The notes under the pieces were generated by a model. The model saw only the letters and a program-made list of their open reading frames with translations. It ran no database searches and had not been told where the DNA came from. From IMG/VR virus record IMGVR_UViG_3300044739_000018, positions 1 through 64,000 of that record: a stretch of DNA of 64,000 nucleotides, one strand, 5' to 3'. Positions 1 through 9,728 of the stretch are shown one piece after another (the first letter of the stretch is position 1; the number at the start of each line of letters is the position of its first letter). This DNA is from a virus. Both the position numbers and the translations under genes were made by a program.

Positions 1-140
1 TGCTCAAGACCCTGTACGTCCCTGATGCCCGCTTCCAGGTTCCGGCCATCCAGGGCACCGTGCAGCAGAAGCTCACCACGCAGTTCAACTTCACCTCGGA
101 CGGTGGAGTGCTTGAGGTTTACCAGGGCGCTCGTCCGTAA
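1..140 (+). CDS. 3' end of probable major tail protein (partial)
   Basis: Open frame from base 3 (LKTLYVPDARFQVP...VLEVYQGARP, TAA 138-140); beta-rich; lies directly upstream of the chaperone and tape measure genes. Confidence 0.6.
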   Translation, partial: LKTLYVPDARFQVPAIQGTVQQKLTTQFNFTSDGGVLEVYQGARP

Positions 141-168
141 CGAGCGTTAGGCAGTTCAAGGAATGGAC

Positions 169-194
169 GTGGGGGTCGGGAAACCGGCCCCCAC
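169..194 (+). terminator. GC-rich stem-loop with GAAA tetraloop after the major tail gene (terminator or mRNA stabiliser)
   Basis: GTGGGGGTCGG-GAAA-CCGGCCCCCAC; no U-tract. Confidence 0.55.
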
Positions 195-213
195 ATAGAA
201 GGAATGGAGCAAT

Positions 214-1044
214 ATGCCGAAGACCCGCCGCCTTGGCGACCTCTATGTCGTGGGCCAGGAGTTGACTCTGGACGACGGCGAAGGTGCCGTGACCGTCTGG
301 ATCAACAAGCTCAATCCTGTGGATCAGGAGGCAGCGTTGCGCAATGCCAACGCTGCCCGCGCCAGGGTGCTGGCTGGCAAGAGGGACCCTGACAATCAAG
401 AGCGACTTTCGCTGGAATCTGAGCTTCTCGATCAGTCCAAGGACGAGCTTGTTGACTTCCTGGCCGCAGATGCTCTGAACAACAAGCAGGAGGCCCTAGA
501 AGCCGAGCTAGCGGCCGAACAGGAGTGGGACGACAAGAACTACCTCCAGGGCCTTCTGGACGCCTGGGAGGGGGGTATGGAGGACCGCTACAACCGCGAC
601 CCCGAGGACGCAGAGGCAAAGCACGTCTTCGAGGAAATGGATCGGTGGCACAAGGTCGTCCAAGAGCGTCTGGACGGCGAGAAGGAGCGGCTCCAGGCTG
701 ACATTGGTCAGCGCACCGAGGACATCCTCCGACAGCAGGTTTTGGAGCGGCTTCTGACGGTCCAGGCCGACCTCGCATGGCTCAGCGAGTACCACCTATC
801 CGAGATTCTTTTCGCTGTCCGCGAGCCAGACCACCACAAGAAGAAGTACTTCAATGGCAGGGCGGACGTTGAGGAGCTTCCTCAGGAAGTCATGATGGCT
901 CTCTACGAGGGCTACCGCAACCTCTCCATTGACCCGACAGAGGGAAAAGACTCGCCGGGGACCCCGGCTTCCTCGCCCTCGTCAGAGCCATCAACCGAGG
1001 AGGAAACCTCTCAGCCATCTGGCCCGCAGGATGCACTTCTATAG
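214..1044 (+). CDS. Tail assembly chaperone (gpG-like)
   Basis: Between the tail tube and tape measure genes; acidic and helical; contains an in-frame slippery heptamer G GGA AAA. Confidence 0.75.
   Translation: MPKTRRLGDLYVVGQELTLDDGEGAVTVWINKLNPVDQEAALRNANAARARVLAGKRDPDNQERLSLESELLDQSKDELVDFLAADALNNKQEALEAELAAEQEWDDKNYLQGLLDAWEGGMEDRYNRDPEDAEAKHVFEEMDRWHKVVQERLDGEKERLQADIGQRTEDILRQQVLERLLTVQADLAWLSEYHLSEILFAVREPDHHKKKYFNGRADVEELPQEVMMALYEGYRNLSIDPTEGKDSPGTPASSPSSEPSTEEETSQPSGPQDALL
942..948 (+). promoter_or_regulatory. Programmed -1 ribosomal frameshift site GGGAAAA
   Basis: X XXY YYZ in the frame of 214..1044; the -1 frame is open from 948 to the stop at 1280. Confidence 0.85.
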
Positions 1045-1280
1045 AGGACGTTCCCCACGATCTGACCTTCGCCGTTCAACACGCAACCATAGTGATCTCC
1101 TGGCAGGAGAACTTGCTCGAAGGAGAGATGCCACCCGATTGGATGTGGCCTTACCAGGACGAGTTGGAAGTCTGGTTCGAAGAAGTCGATAGGAAGCGCA
1201 AAGAGAAGAACAATCCAGGTGGTGAGGACGCAGAGGGCGACTCGATGATGCAGAACGAATTCTCCAGGGGCAGGCGGTAA
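948..1280 (+). CDS. Frameshifted C-terminal part of the tail assembly chaperone (gpT-like; includes ORF 1092..1280)
   Basis: Stop-free -1 frame RLAGDPGFLALVRA...PPDWMWPYQDELEVWF...RGRR; its stop overlaps the tape measure ATG. Confidence 0.8.
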   Translation, partial: RLAGDPGFLALVRAINRGGNLSAIWPAGCTSIEDVPHDLTFAVQHATIVISWQENLLEGEMPPDWMWPYQDELEVWFEEVDRKRKEKNNPGGEDAEGDSMMQNEFSRGRR

Positions 1281-4200
1281 TGGCAACCAACGTTGATGCA
1301 AAGTACCGGATCGGCTTTGAGCTTGAGTCCAAGGATTTCATCGCGGGCCTCAAGGCCATTGAAGCCGAGTTCCGGAAGGCTGCCGGAGGCATCGGCCTAG
1401 GACAACTGCCCGGCGCCAAGGGCGCACAGCCCATTAAGTCGCCGCAAGATGTTCGACAGTTTGCCGCCGCGTTCTTGGCAGAGGGAAAGAAGCTTCAAGC
1501 GGGCCTGAAGGGCACGCCAGCGGAGCTAAGGAAGTTCGAGAAGGCCCTGGATGCGGCCTACAAGGCCATCCTGCACGGAGCCTCGCGTTTCCAGGGACGG
1601 ATTACCGCTGCGAAGGGCGCGGCCACCGACAAGGGCGTCCTTTACGACGAGGCCGCGACCATCCTTGCTGCGGGCAAGACGGCCCGAGAGTCAGCCCTGA
1701 ACTTCTTTGCCAAGGCAGGATTCAACAGCATTGGGGAAGCCCCTTCTGGCAAGCGCCCTGGCCTCGGTGGTTACGATCACCCACAGGCTGCCTACCGTGA
1801 GCGACTGGACGAGGAGCGCAACGCCGCCAGGGAGGCGATCAAGGCCAAGAAGTACGAGGCCCTGTCGATCCGCCAGAATGCCAACAAAGAGCGCGAGCTT
1901 TATGCCCTCAAGGCGCAAGAAGTAGCGGCTGAAGCTGACACCCTGCGGGCGCAGCGGCAGATTGCCAAGGAAACGTTCAACCAGTCAGAGTTGGCGAAGC
2001 AGGGCACGCTGTTCCAGCGGTTCCAGGCGCGTCGCCATGCTGCCCGCACCGGAGAGGTTGTCAGCCCGCTCTCGCAGCAGACGGCTGGTGGCCTGGTCGG
2101 CAACGCCCTCATCACCACTGGCAAGTACGCGGCTGCCGGTGCCCTCACGTACGGTCTGGTGAGCAAGATCGGTGCTGCGACCCGGAGCGCCATCGACTTC
2201 CAACGTGAGTTGAAGATCCTGGAGTCGCAGTTCGAGACGGTGGGAGCCACTGGTGAGGAGAGCTTCGGAGACGTTCGTAACTCCATCTTGGAAATCTCGT
2301 CATCGGTCGGTGAGACGGCACAGAAGACGGCCCTTACCTACCGACAGCTTGCTCCGCTCTACGAGGGAGAGAAGGAGAGGCTGGCACAGCAGGGGCTGAC
2401 GCCCAAGCAGGCAACGGACGATGCAACGAAGACGGCGCTCCAGTTCTCCAAGGTTACCGGGCTGCCCATTGAGGAGATTAACGACTCCCTGACCTCTCTG
2501 AAGGTCACCTTCGACAAGATTGACCTGCGGCCCTTCCTAGACCAACTTGTGTTCCTGGAGGCGGAGGAAGCGGTTCTTGCTCGTGAGACGGTGAAGTTCA
2601 CCGCCAACATTGCTCCGGCCGCAAAGGAGCTTGGCTTCACCTTCTACCAGCTTGCCAACGTCGGCACGGTCTTGCAGCAGGTCAGCGGTATGACCGGAGA
2701 CGTGCTGTCCGAGCAGTTCCAGCGAGTCCTGGTCAGCCTGAAGGACAAGAGTGACAAGATCTTCGACATCTACGAGCGGAACCCGCTGCTCAGTGGAAGT
2801 CTGCCGAAGATCACTGCAAAGTATTCTGAGAATGACATTTCTGGCGTCATCGAGCAGATGCTTACTGACGTTGCCCGGCTGCGAAAGGAAGCGCCAGAGG
2901 CGGCGGAAGGCATTGTTCAGAAGTTGAACTTCACCCTCGGTGGTAACCGACAGGGTGGAACCATCGGTGCTCTGTTCAAGGACGCGCAGAAGTCCCTCGA
3001 CGCGTTCAAGGGCAAGGACATCGACCCGCGGGCTGTGGGTGGCCTTCAGACGCGGTACGAGAAGGTGTCAGAGAGCATCGGTCAGCAGCTTGACAAGGTT
3101 CGTGAGTCCTTTGGGAACCTGTTCGCCTTCCTGGCTACAAGCGGGCTTGGAGATGGCCTCGCTTTGATCCTCAGGTTCGCAGCGACACTGCTCAGGTACC
3201 TCCATAACATCCTCAAGTTTGGCGAAGACATCGGCAAGAAGTTTGGCGGCTGGCCGTTCAAGATCGCCAGTGCTGCTGCTGGTCTGTTCGGGATCATCAA
3301 GCTGCTGAAGTACATCCGGACCTTGGTTGCTCAACAGGGTGCCATCAACCTGTTGAGTGCTCTTCCTGGTCTCGGCGGGCTTGGAAAGTTCGGTCGCGCC
3401 GCTGGCCCGGTTGCTGCTATCTCCGGGACGGACGCGGCGGCGGTCTCTGCCCTTGGAGGACGGGCTGTTGGCGGAATGTCAATTGGGGCTAGTGAAGCCG
3501 CTCTTGGTGGCACCGTTGTCGCCATGGGTCGGCTCGAAAAGGCAATGCAGCTAGTACGAAATGCTGGCTACAGGCTCTTGCAGATGTATGGCAATACAGC
3601 CTTCTTCATCAGGAACCTAGTCACTTCAACGAAGGCCCTTCTTGGCAGGACAGTTCTGCCGGTTCTCCAGAGTGTTACCGCGTCCTTTACGGCGGCGGGA
3701 GCAATCGCTGGTGCCGCCGCCGTGGGAGTTACTGCCGCAGGCGCGGGTGCTGTCCTTGGGGTCCGAGACTTTGTTGCCGAGGGCGGACAGATCCCCCTTC
3801 TTGGGCGTCTCGAAGCCTTCCAGCAAGCCAAGGGTGGAGTTCGGGGACAGAGTGACATTTTCCGCACCGAGATCAGGTCTTGGTCTGATGCCCAGTTGGC
3901 ACAGGAGGAGAAGAACCGTTCTGGCTTCTTCACGAGGCTTGAAGAGGGATTCTCCAAGTTCATCTTCGGCCGCAGCTCCAGCAATGACCTGGATCGTGAA
4001 CGGGATCGTCGGGACGCTGCCGCTGCTGCCCCAGGGCTGTCACGAAGGCTTACTCAGGGTGCCGCCGCGTTCGACAAGGACGACATTAGTGACGCCTTGA
4101 AGGTCGAGTCGTACAACTATGGCGACAACTACAACCGCAAGGACTTTGACACCATCAAAGAGATTGTCGCCAAGGTCAAGAAGGGCGACAAGCGGGCCAT

Positions 4201-5875
4201 TCGTATCGCGAAGGAACTGCTCAAGGGAAAGTTCAAGAACGACAAGGAGTTCCAGGAACTCATCGACGCCATGGATGCGTCGGCCGAGGACCAGAAGGCC
4301 ATCGCTGCCGCAGCCGCCGCTGTCTCATACGAGACTATCAAGCGTCGACTCAACGAGGGTCGCCCGGGGACCTCGCTGGAAGACCTCAAGACGGCTGCCC
4401 AGAAGCACTCCAAGGCACTCAAGGACGCCATCCCCAAGGACCCGAACGCTGTCGGGTATGACGAGGCTGTTGAGGCATACGAGCAGGCGGTTGCCGAGGA
4501 AAACAATGCTGTCTTTGAATACCTGAATCGCATGGCGGATCGTGCCGCCCGGCTGGCACGTGCGCGCAATCAGGAGGGCGGCGGTCTGCTGGGGCAGATC
4601 CGCTCGATCCGACAGCGCCTGTCCGATTCATCGTATGGCACGCCAGACCAGCGCGCTGACATGGAGCTACAGATTCTGGAGGCCCAGAAGCAATACGATG
4701 ACGCCCTCCGCGAAGGCGGGTACTCGGAGCGGGCAGCCGAGTTTGAGTCCACCGGCAACACCGTGGCTGCTGCCCAGGAGCGGCAGCGTCAGATCGAGGA
4801 TCAGATCCGGCGCGTCAAGGCGGCGGGGGATGAGAACGGCGAGCTTCCTGGGCTGACTGCCCAGCTAATCCAGGCGAAGGTGACGGTTCGCAACACAAGT
4901 TTGGCTCTGTTCAACGCAGAGATGGACCTCTATGTAGCGATGGCGGGCGGCGACCCGGTGATTTCGGCGCAGGCAGCCATCGACAAGGCTGTTCGTGCCC
5001 AGCGGGACCTTGACCCAAAGTCTGAGGAGTACCTCAACCAACAGGCGATCATTGAAACACAGACACGGACAAAGGCGGCTGCTTCCGCCGCCGAGCGGAA
5101 CGCCGAGCGCGTTCTTGCCTCTGTCCGCTCTGGAGATCCGCTTTCTGCTGCACAGGCCGAGCTGGATGATGCGGACGAGGCTGTTCGTCTTGCGGCTCCT
5201 GGCATCCAGAAGCTTGAAGCGGAGCGGCGTCGTGTTGAGGCCCAGCGGACCATTGCCGAGACCATTGCCGCGATCGGGCAGGCCCAGGCAGACCTCCTGA
5301 TTGCCTACGCGAATGCGGCGGGCGACTCGGTTCTTGCGTCCCAGTTGGCAGCGAAGAAGGCGCAGGATGCCCTCACTGCATACCAGGCCGCGCATCCTGG
5401 ATCAAACGCTGGCAATGATCCGCAGATTTCTACTCTCCAGGCGGCGGTCGTAGATGCAAATGCTGCGGCACGGGATGCAACGCAAGCAGATGCAGAAGCG
5501 AACATCGACTTCCTGCTCCAGATGGACAAGATCAGTGAAGCCACAGCCATCAGCATGTACCAGCAGCTTCTGGACAATGCCGATGTGGTTGGCCTTACGA
5601 AGAAGCAACGCGAAGCACTCCAGTTGAAGATCAAGGGTCTCCGAGATGCCCTTGGTGCAGACATGCACTTCAACCTGCCCGCTGACATCAGACTGCCGAC
5701 GTTGTACGAGGCGCGTCGTCTCAACCAGACCACGTCTGGTGCCTACCAGGACAACCGCAATGTCACGATCAACCTGACGGCCAATAACACTGTCGACGCG
5801 CAGGGCGCTCTCGACGTGATGGTCGACACTCTGAGTGGCCCCTCCCGCTTTGGATCACGACCGAGGACTTACTAA
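1280..5875 (+). CDS. Tape measure protein
   Basis: 1531 aa, Ala/Gln-rich and helical, with central hydrophobic segments; canonical position after the chaperone. Confidence 0.9.
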   Translation: MATNVDAKYRIGFELESKDFIAGLKAIEAEFRKAAGGIGLGQLPGAKGAQPIKSPQDVRQFAAAFLAEGKKLQAGLKGTPAELRKFEKALDAAYKAILHGASRFQGRITAAKGAATDKGVLYDEAATILAAGKTARESALNFFAKAGFNSIGEAPSGKRPGLGGYDHPQAAYRERLDEERNAAREAIKAKKYEALSIRQNANKERELYALKAQEVAAEADTLRAQRQIAKETFNQSELAKQGTLFQRFQARRHAARTGEVVSPLSQQTAGGLVGNALITTGKYAAAGALTYGLVSKIGAATRSAIDFQRELKILESQFETVGATGEESFGDVRNSILEISSSVGETAQKTALTYRQLAPLYEGEKERLAQQGLTPKQATDDATKTALQFSKVTGLPIEEINDSLTSLKVTFDKIDLRPFLDQLVFLEAEEAVLARETVKFTANIAPAAKELGFTFYQLANVGTVLQQVSGMTGDVLSEQFQRVLVSLKDKSDKIFDIYERNPLLSGSLPKITAKYSENDISGVIEQMLTDVARLRKEAPEAAEGIVQKLNFTLGGNRQGGTIGALFKDAQKSLDAFKGKDIDPRAVGGLQTRYEKVSESIGQQLDKVRESFGNLFAFLATSGLGDGLALILRFAATLLRYLHNILKFGEDIGKKFGGWPFKIASAAAGLFGIIKLLKYIRTLVAQQGAINLLSALPGLGGLGKFGRAAGPVAAISGTDAAAVSALGGRAVGGMSIGASEAALGGTVVAMGRLEKAMQLVRNAGYRLLQMYGNTAFFIRNLVTSTKALLGRTVLPVLQSVTASFTAAGAIAGAAAVGVTAAGAGAVLGVRDFVAEGGQIPLLGRLEAFQQAKGGVRGQSDIFRTEIRSWSDAQLAQEEKNRSGFFTRLEEGFSKFIFGRSSSNDLDRERDRRDAAAAAPGLSRRLTQGAAAFDKDDISDALKVESYNYGDNYNRKDFDTIKEIVAKVKKGDKRAIRIAKELLKGKFKNDKEFQELIDAMDASAEDQKAIAAAAAAVSYETIKRRLNEGRPGTSLEDLKTAAQKHSKALKDAIPKDPNAVGYDEAVEAYEQAVAEENNAVFEYLNRMADRAARLARARNQEGGGLLGQIRSIRQRLSDSSYGTPDQRADMELQILEAQKQYDDALREGGYSERAAEFESTGNTVAAAQERQRQIEDQIRRVKAAGDENGELPGLTAQLIQAKVTVRNTSLALFNAEMDLYVAMAGGDPVISAQAAIDKAVRAQRDLDPKSEEYLNQQAIIETQTRTKAAASAAERNAERVLASVRSGDPLSAAQAELDDADEAVRLAAPGIQKLEAERRRVEAQRTIAETIAAIGQAQADLLIAYANAAGDSVLASQLAAKKAQDALTAYQAAHPGSNAGNDPQISTLQAAVVDANAAARDATQADAEANIDFLLQMDKISEATAISMYQQLLDNADVVGLTKKQREALQLKIKGLRDALGADMHFNLPADIRLPTLYEARRLNQTTSGAYQDNRNVTINLTANNTVDAQGALDVMVDTLSGPSRFGSRPRTY

Positions 5876-6258
5876 TGGCCGTTGTGCGATGGACCTTCTT
5901 TGACCCTCTGACCCTGGAGGAATACACGTTCGGGATCAACCCGAACACTGGCGGCTCGCGCCAGTTCAGGAAGACGATCAACTACCAGAGCACGGCCGCG
6001 GCAGACGGCAAGACCCTGGTCTTTGAGGGGCGCGACGAAGTGAACAAGATGGAGTTCTCTGGGGCCATCCTGGAGCAAGGTCAGTATGACGCCATGGTCA
6101 CGTGGTTCAGCAAGCGTCACCAGATCCAAGTTACTGACGATTTGGGCCGCCAGTTCTGGATCTACATTACCTCTTTTGCTCCCGTACGACAGCGTGCCAT
6201 TCACTACCCTTGGAAGCACTCCTATACAGTGGAATACGTGGAAGTTGATTGGCCGTGA
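5875..6258 (+). CDS. Minor tail protein (distal tail/Dit-like)
   Basis: 127 aa, beta-rich (YTFGINPN...YTVEYVEV), immediately after the tape measure with TAATG coupling. Confidence 0.6.
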   Translation: MAVVRWTFFDPLTLEEYTFGINPNTGGSRQFRKTINYQSTAAADGKTLVFEGRDEVNKMEFSGAILEQGQYDAMVTWFSKRHQIQVTDDLGRQFWIYITSFAPVRQRAIHYPWKHSYTVEYVEVDWP

Positions 6259-8435
6259 GAACATCAGCAACTGAGATCTTCGATATCTGGAGTAGAGGAG
6301 GACCCTTCATCGGTGATGCGGGGACCCCACACTCGCGCGTCACGGTGCAGACTGATTTCTACCTGCACCCTTCTACTGCTCCGGCCGACTTGTGGCAAAA
6401 GATGCCCGTTCGTTACTTCCAGTGCGCGTCGAACAGCCAGACGGAGACAGAGGTCCCCAACGTCAAGAACATCTCCATAGACCGCAGCATCGACAGCGAC
6501 TCGGCTACCTGCACCATCTCGATCTACAACCAGAACATGGACCCCAACGACTCAGGTCAAGAGCTAGAACTTGGAAGCCCGGGTTACTTCACGTGGTCTC
6601 GTGGCACGAACCCTGTTGCCAACACCCGTTGGGGACACGAGGCCAACGCATGGCAAAACGTGCTGACCCCCAACGCTTTGTTGCGGACCTACCAGGGCTT
6701 CGGTGGAACGACCAAGACCATCGAAGATGCCCGCGCAGACGGCAACATTGTCCTCACCGGCGTGTGGCTCGTTGACGAGGTGCGCGTCCAAACGAACGGT
6801 GAGATCGAACTGCGGTGCCGGGACATGGCAAAGCTGCTGATCGAGCAGAAGCTGTATCCACCGCTCGTTCCCTCGGCCTCCTATCCGCTCGACTACCGCA
6901 GGATCTACGAGTACTACACGGTTGTCCTCGCCGGAGCTGGCGAGCGCCCGATGACCTTCTCGTTGAGCGGCAACCAGCCCTGGTATGGCGGGCAGGGTTG
7001 CTACGGCCGCGCTCCTCATCAGCACTGCCCAACGCACGTTTTGGACGAGAACAATGAGTCGTACTGGCTTAGTGTCGGCAACGACCGCGACACGTCCCCG
7101 TGGGCTTTCGAGTACATCGAGTTCGACGTGGGCGGCGGGCCTATCGACACGGTGTCCATCTGGGCCAAGGCTGGTGGCTCTGGCGGTTACCAGTGCTTCA
7201 TCTCCATCATGGAGGACGGCGTGTGGCAGGGGCCAGGCATGATCGACTCCAGCGTGTACGCGCCCATGCACATCGGTCGTTACGGCCCGGAGAACGGGGC
7301 GCAGTGGGCGGCATGGGAAGCCAACATTCCCTATGTCATGCAGGCCGGTGTGCCGTATGACAGCTCCACCGATATCACGCTGCCGCGGATCTACAACGCG
7401 CAGAAGATCCGACTTGGATTCACCAATCTGTGGGCCTCCGGCGTGGGCAACTACCAGTTTCGTGCGGCTATCCGCCGAGTTCGCGTACGTCTTCAGAAGG
7501 ACGTCACGGAGCAGCGGAAGCGGTTCATCAAGAACTTCGATGACTTCGCGGACATCGTGAAGGAACTCCTTCTTTGGTCCGGGTGGTGGCTGTGCGAGAC
7601 CACTGACGCTGGCCTCCCATGTAAGACGGGTGGTAACGCGTACCCACAGGTATTCGGCAACATTGAATGCACCGGAGTGCCTGGCAACGATCTTGAGGTG
7701 GAGGGGGCACAGTTTGAATACGTGCTGCCCAAGGAGATGGTGGACAAGGTGCCCGTCATCGACGCGATCAACGCGCTCAAGGAGATCGTGGGCTACCTGT
7801 TCTATGTGGACGAGGATGGTGCTGCCCGCTTCCAGTCGCCCAACTGGTGGCAGTCGGGCAACTTCGACGAGTTCGGTCAGCACACCAACTTCATCCCGGA
7901 TATCGACGAGCGCGTACAACTTACGGACTACGCCCTGAGCTACTCCGACCAGGCCCAGCAATCTGAAATCATCGTTAGCTCGTATGAGCCGACACTGAAC
8001 CTTTCGGACACCATCACGCACCGGATCGTGCCTCCGAATGCCCAACTCCTGAAGGGCATGGTGAAGGTGTGGCCCTGGATCAACGGGCACTTCGGCGGAG
8101 CCGCCACGAACGGCGAAGCCGGTGCCAGCGCGGAGCAAGCCAAGCAGGAAATTCGCATCCTGGCTGAGCTGGTGACCCTGCATATGTGGTTCCGGCAGCG
8201 GGTTGGCATGGTCCAGTGTGTAGCCAACCCGGCAATTCAAATTGATGACCAGGTGCGGATCTACGAGCGCCAGTCTGGTGAAACGTACATTCACTATGTC
8301 CGAGGGATCAACACGAACCATGATCTTGATGCGGGCACCTACACGATGAACCTTACGACCCACTGGATGGGCACCGCCGACCACTGGGCCATCACTCGCG
8401 ACAACATGACCGGCCTTTTCTCAAACGTGAGTTGA
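6249..8435 (+). CDS. Minor tail / baseplate hub protein with a possible inserted carbohydrate-binding (discoidin-like) domain
   Basis: Hub-like motifs (ISIDRSIDSDSATCTISI, CRDMAKLL, ANPAIQIDDQVRI); insert HVLDENNESYWLS...EYIEFD; the true start may be GTG 6255. Confidence 0.6.
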   Translation: MAVRTSATEIFDIWSRGGPFIGDAGTPHSRVTVQTDFYLHPSTAPADLWQKMPVRYFQCASNSQTETEVPNVKNISIDRSIDSDSATCTISIYNQNMDPNDSGQELELGSPGYFTWSRGTNPVANTRWGHEANAWQNVLTPNALLRTYQGFGGTTKTIEDARADGNIVLTGVWLVDEVRVQTNGEIELRCRDMAKLLIEQKLYPPLVPSASYPLDYRRIYEYYTVVLAGAGERPMTFSLSGNQPWYGGQGCYGRAPHQHCPTHVLDENNESYWLSVGNDRDTSPWAFEYIEFDVGGGPIDTVSIWAKAGGSGGYQCFISIMEDGVWQGPGMIDSSVYAPMHIGRYGPENGAQWAAWEANIPYVMQAGVPYDSSTDITLPRIYNAQKIRLGFTNLWASGVGNYQFRAAIRRVRVRLQKDVTEQRKRFIKNFDDFADIVKELLLWSGWWLCETTDAGLPCKTGGNAYPQVFGNIECTGVPGNDLEVEGAQFEYVLPKEMVDKVPVIDAINALKEIVGYLFYVDEDGAARFQSPNWWQSGNFDEFGQHTNFIPDIDERVQLTDYALSYSDQAQQSEIIVSSYEPTLNLSDTITHRIVPPNAQLLKGMVKVWPWINGHFGGAATNGEAGASAEQAKQEIRILAELVTLHMWFRQRVGMVQCVANPAIQIDDQVRIYERQSGETYIHYVRGINTNHDLDAGTYTMNLTTHWMGTADHWAITRDNMTGLFSNVS

Positions 8436-8436
8436 T

Positions 8437-9270
8437 ATGTCAGACCAGTTCCCGATCTCTGCCTACCTACAGCAGTGGCTGGAGCGCGCCGGTTCGCGGG
8501 CCTACCCCCGGTTGCTTACTGCCATCAACGACGCAACGCCCATGGCTGTGCAACACGCAGAGATGACGTATCTCCGGTACTCGCATCGGGTGGGCACGCT
8601 GCTGCCCATCGGGTACTGGCGGCTGGCTGAGTCCGGGTCCTCGACAGCAGCCGACTCGTCCTCCTTTGGCAGAAACGGCACGTACAACGGGGGCTACACC
8701 CAGCAAGTTCCGAGTCTGGTCTTCTACGCCTGGTCTGAGGACGACAATAAGGCAACCACGTTCAACGGCACGTCTGGCTACGTCAGTGTTCCGCATGCCG
8801 CTGGCTTGAGCATCACGACGGCGGTCTCCGTCGAAGCATGGTTCCAGCGTACGAAGTCGGGAGCGGTCCAGCCCATCGTTGGCAAGGGCCTGTCCACCAC
8901 ACATGCGAATGAGAACTACTCCATGTGGATCAACGCCAGCAATGAGCTTGAGGTGTACTTCGGCAACGGAAGCGCCTCGGTGACGAACAGCACAAAGCCG
9001 TCCATCGACACGGGCATCCACCACGCGGTTGGGACCTATGACGGAGCCACTCTGAACTTGTGGCTGGACAATGGCCTGGCGTCTCAGGACTCTGTGGCCT
9101 TGCTCATGGCGGGCAACAGCAATCCGCTGCGCATCGCCGGTGATGGCACCAACTTCTTTGGTGGCACCGTTGATGAGGTCGCTATCTACAACACGGATAT
9201 CTCAACGGAAGTTGACCGGCATTACAAGGCCGGTGTCGGCGTCCCTGTCCCGATCGCGTACGCACGATGA
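8437..9270 (+). CDS. LamG/concanavalin A-like domain minor tail protein
   Basis: GYWRLAE, SVEAWF, HHAVGTYDG, FFGGTVDEVAIYN motifs. Confidence 0.8.
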   Translation: MSDQFPISAYLQQWLERAGSRAYPRLLTAINDATPMAVQHAEMTYLRYSHRVGTLLPIGYWRLAESGSSTAADSSSFGRNGTYNGGYTQQVPSLVFYAWSEDDNKATTFNGTSGYVSVPHAAGLSITTAVSVEAWFQRTKSGAVQPIVGKGLSTTHANENYSMWINASNELEVYFGNGSASVTNSTKPSIDTGIHHAVGTYDGATLNLWLDNGLASQDSVALLMAGNSNPLRIAGDGTNFFGGTVDEVAIYNTDISTEVDRHYKAGVGVPVPIAYAR

Positions 9271-9728
9271 CCGACTACCGCCGCGCCATCATCCACCAGA
9301 GCACCCAGCGGCCCGCTCCACGGGCAGCGTTCTCACCCTTTGAGAACCGTCGCGCCGAGGTTGATCGCCAAGATGCCATGGGCATCAGCAACCACAGGAT
9401 CTCCGGCTTTTTGACCGTGCTTGGCGCCGGGGAAGTTGCCGTTGACGTGCCATTCCCGCTCTGGTTCGTGGAGAAGCCAGCCTTCAGCTTTGGCGGCGAA
9501 CTTGCTGAAGGCCACTCGGCCGAAGCTCTGAACATGCCGACCGTCTCGTGCGTCGTATTGCGTTGGGCAACTCAGACGCGGGAGATGGCGACCTACTGGA
9601 CCGGAGCCAACCTCGCCGTGGTTACCACCGGCAAGGAAGATCACTCCATGGTCGTGCATTGGCACATGGAGGGCAAGGCGTTTGTGAATCCTGTTGCTGG
9701 CGACGGCGGTACGGATGCGGCGATCTAA
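9267..9728 (+). CDS. Putative minor tail protein
   Basis: Translationally coupled ORF within the tail module. Confidence 0.5.
   Translation: MTDYRRAIIHQSTQRPAPRAAFSPFENRRAEVDRQDAMGISNHRISGFLTVLGAGEVAVDVPFPLWFVEKPAFSFGGELAEGHSAEALNMPTVSCVVLRWATQTREMATYWTGANLAVVTTGKEDHSMVVHWHMEGKAFVNPVAGDGGTDAAI

Noticed and set aside
6564-8384. 606-aa minus-strand ORF (and similar shadows at 55451-56695, 49393-50475, 46419-47522)
   Set aside because: Antisense to well-supported genes; the translations lack recognisable domains
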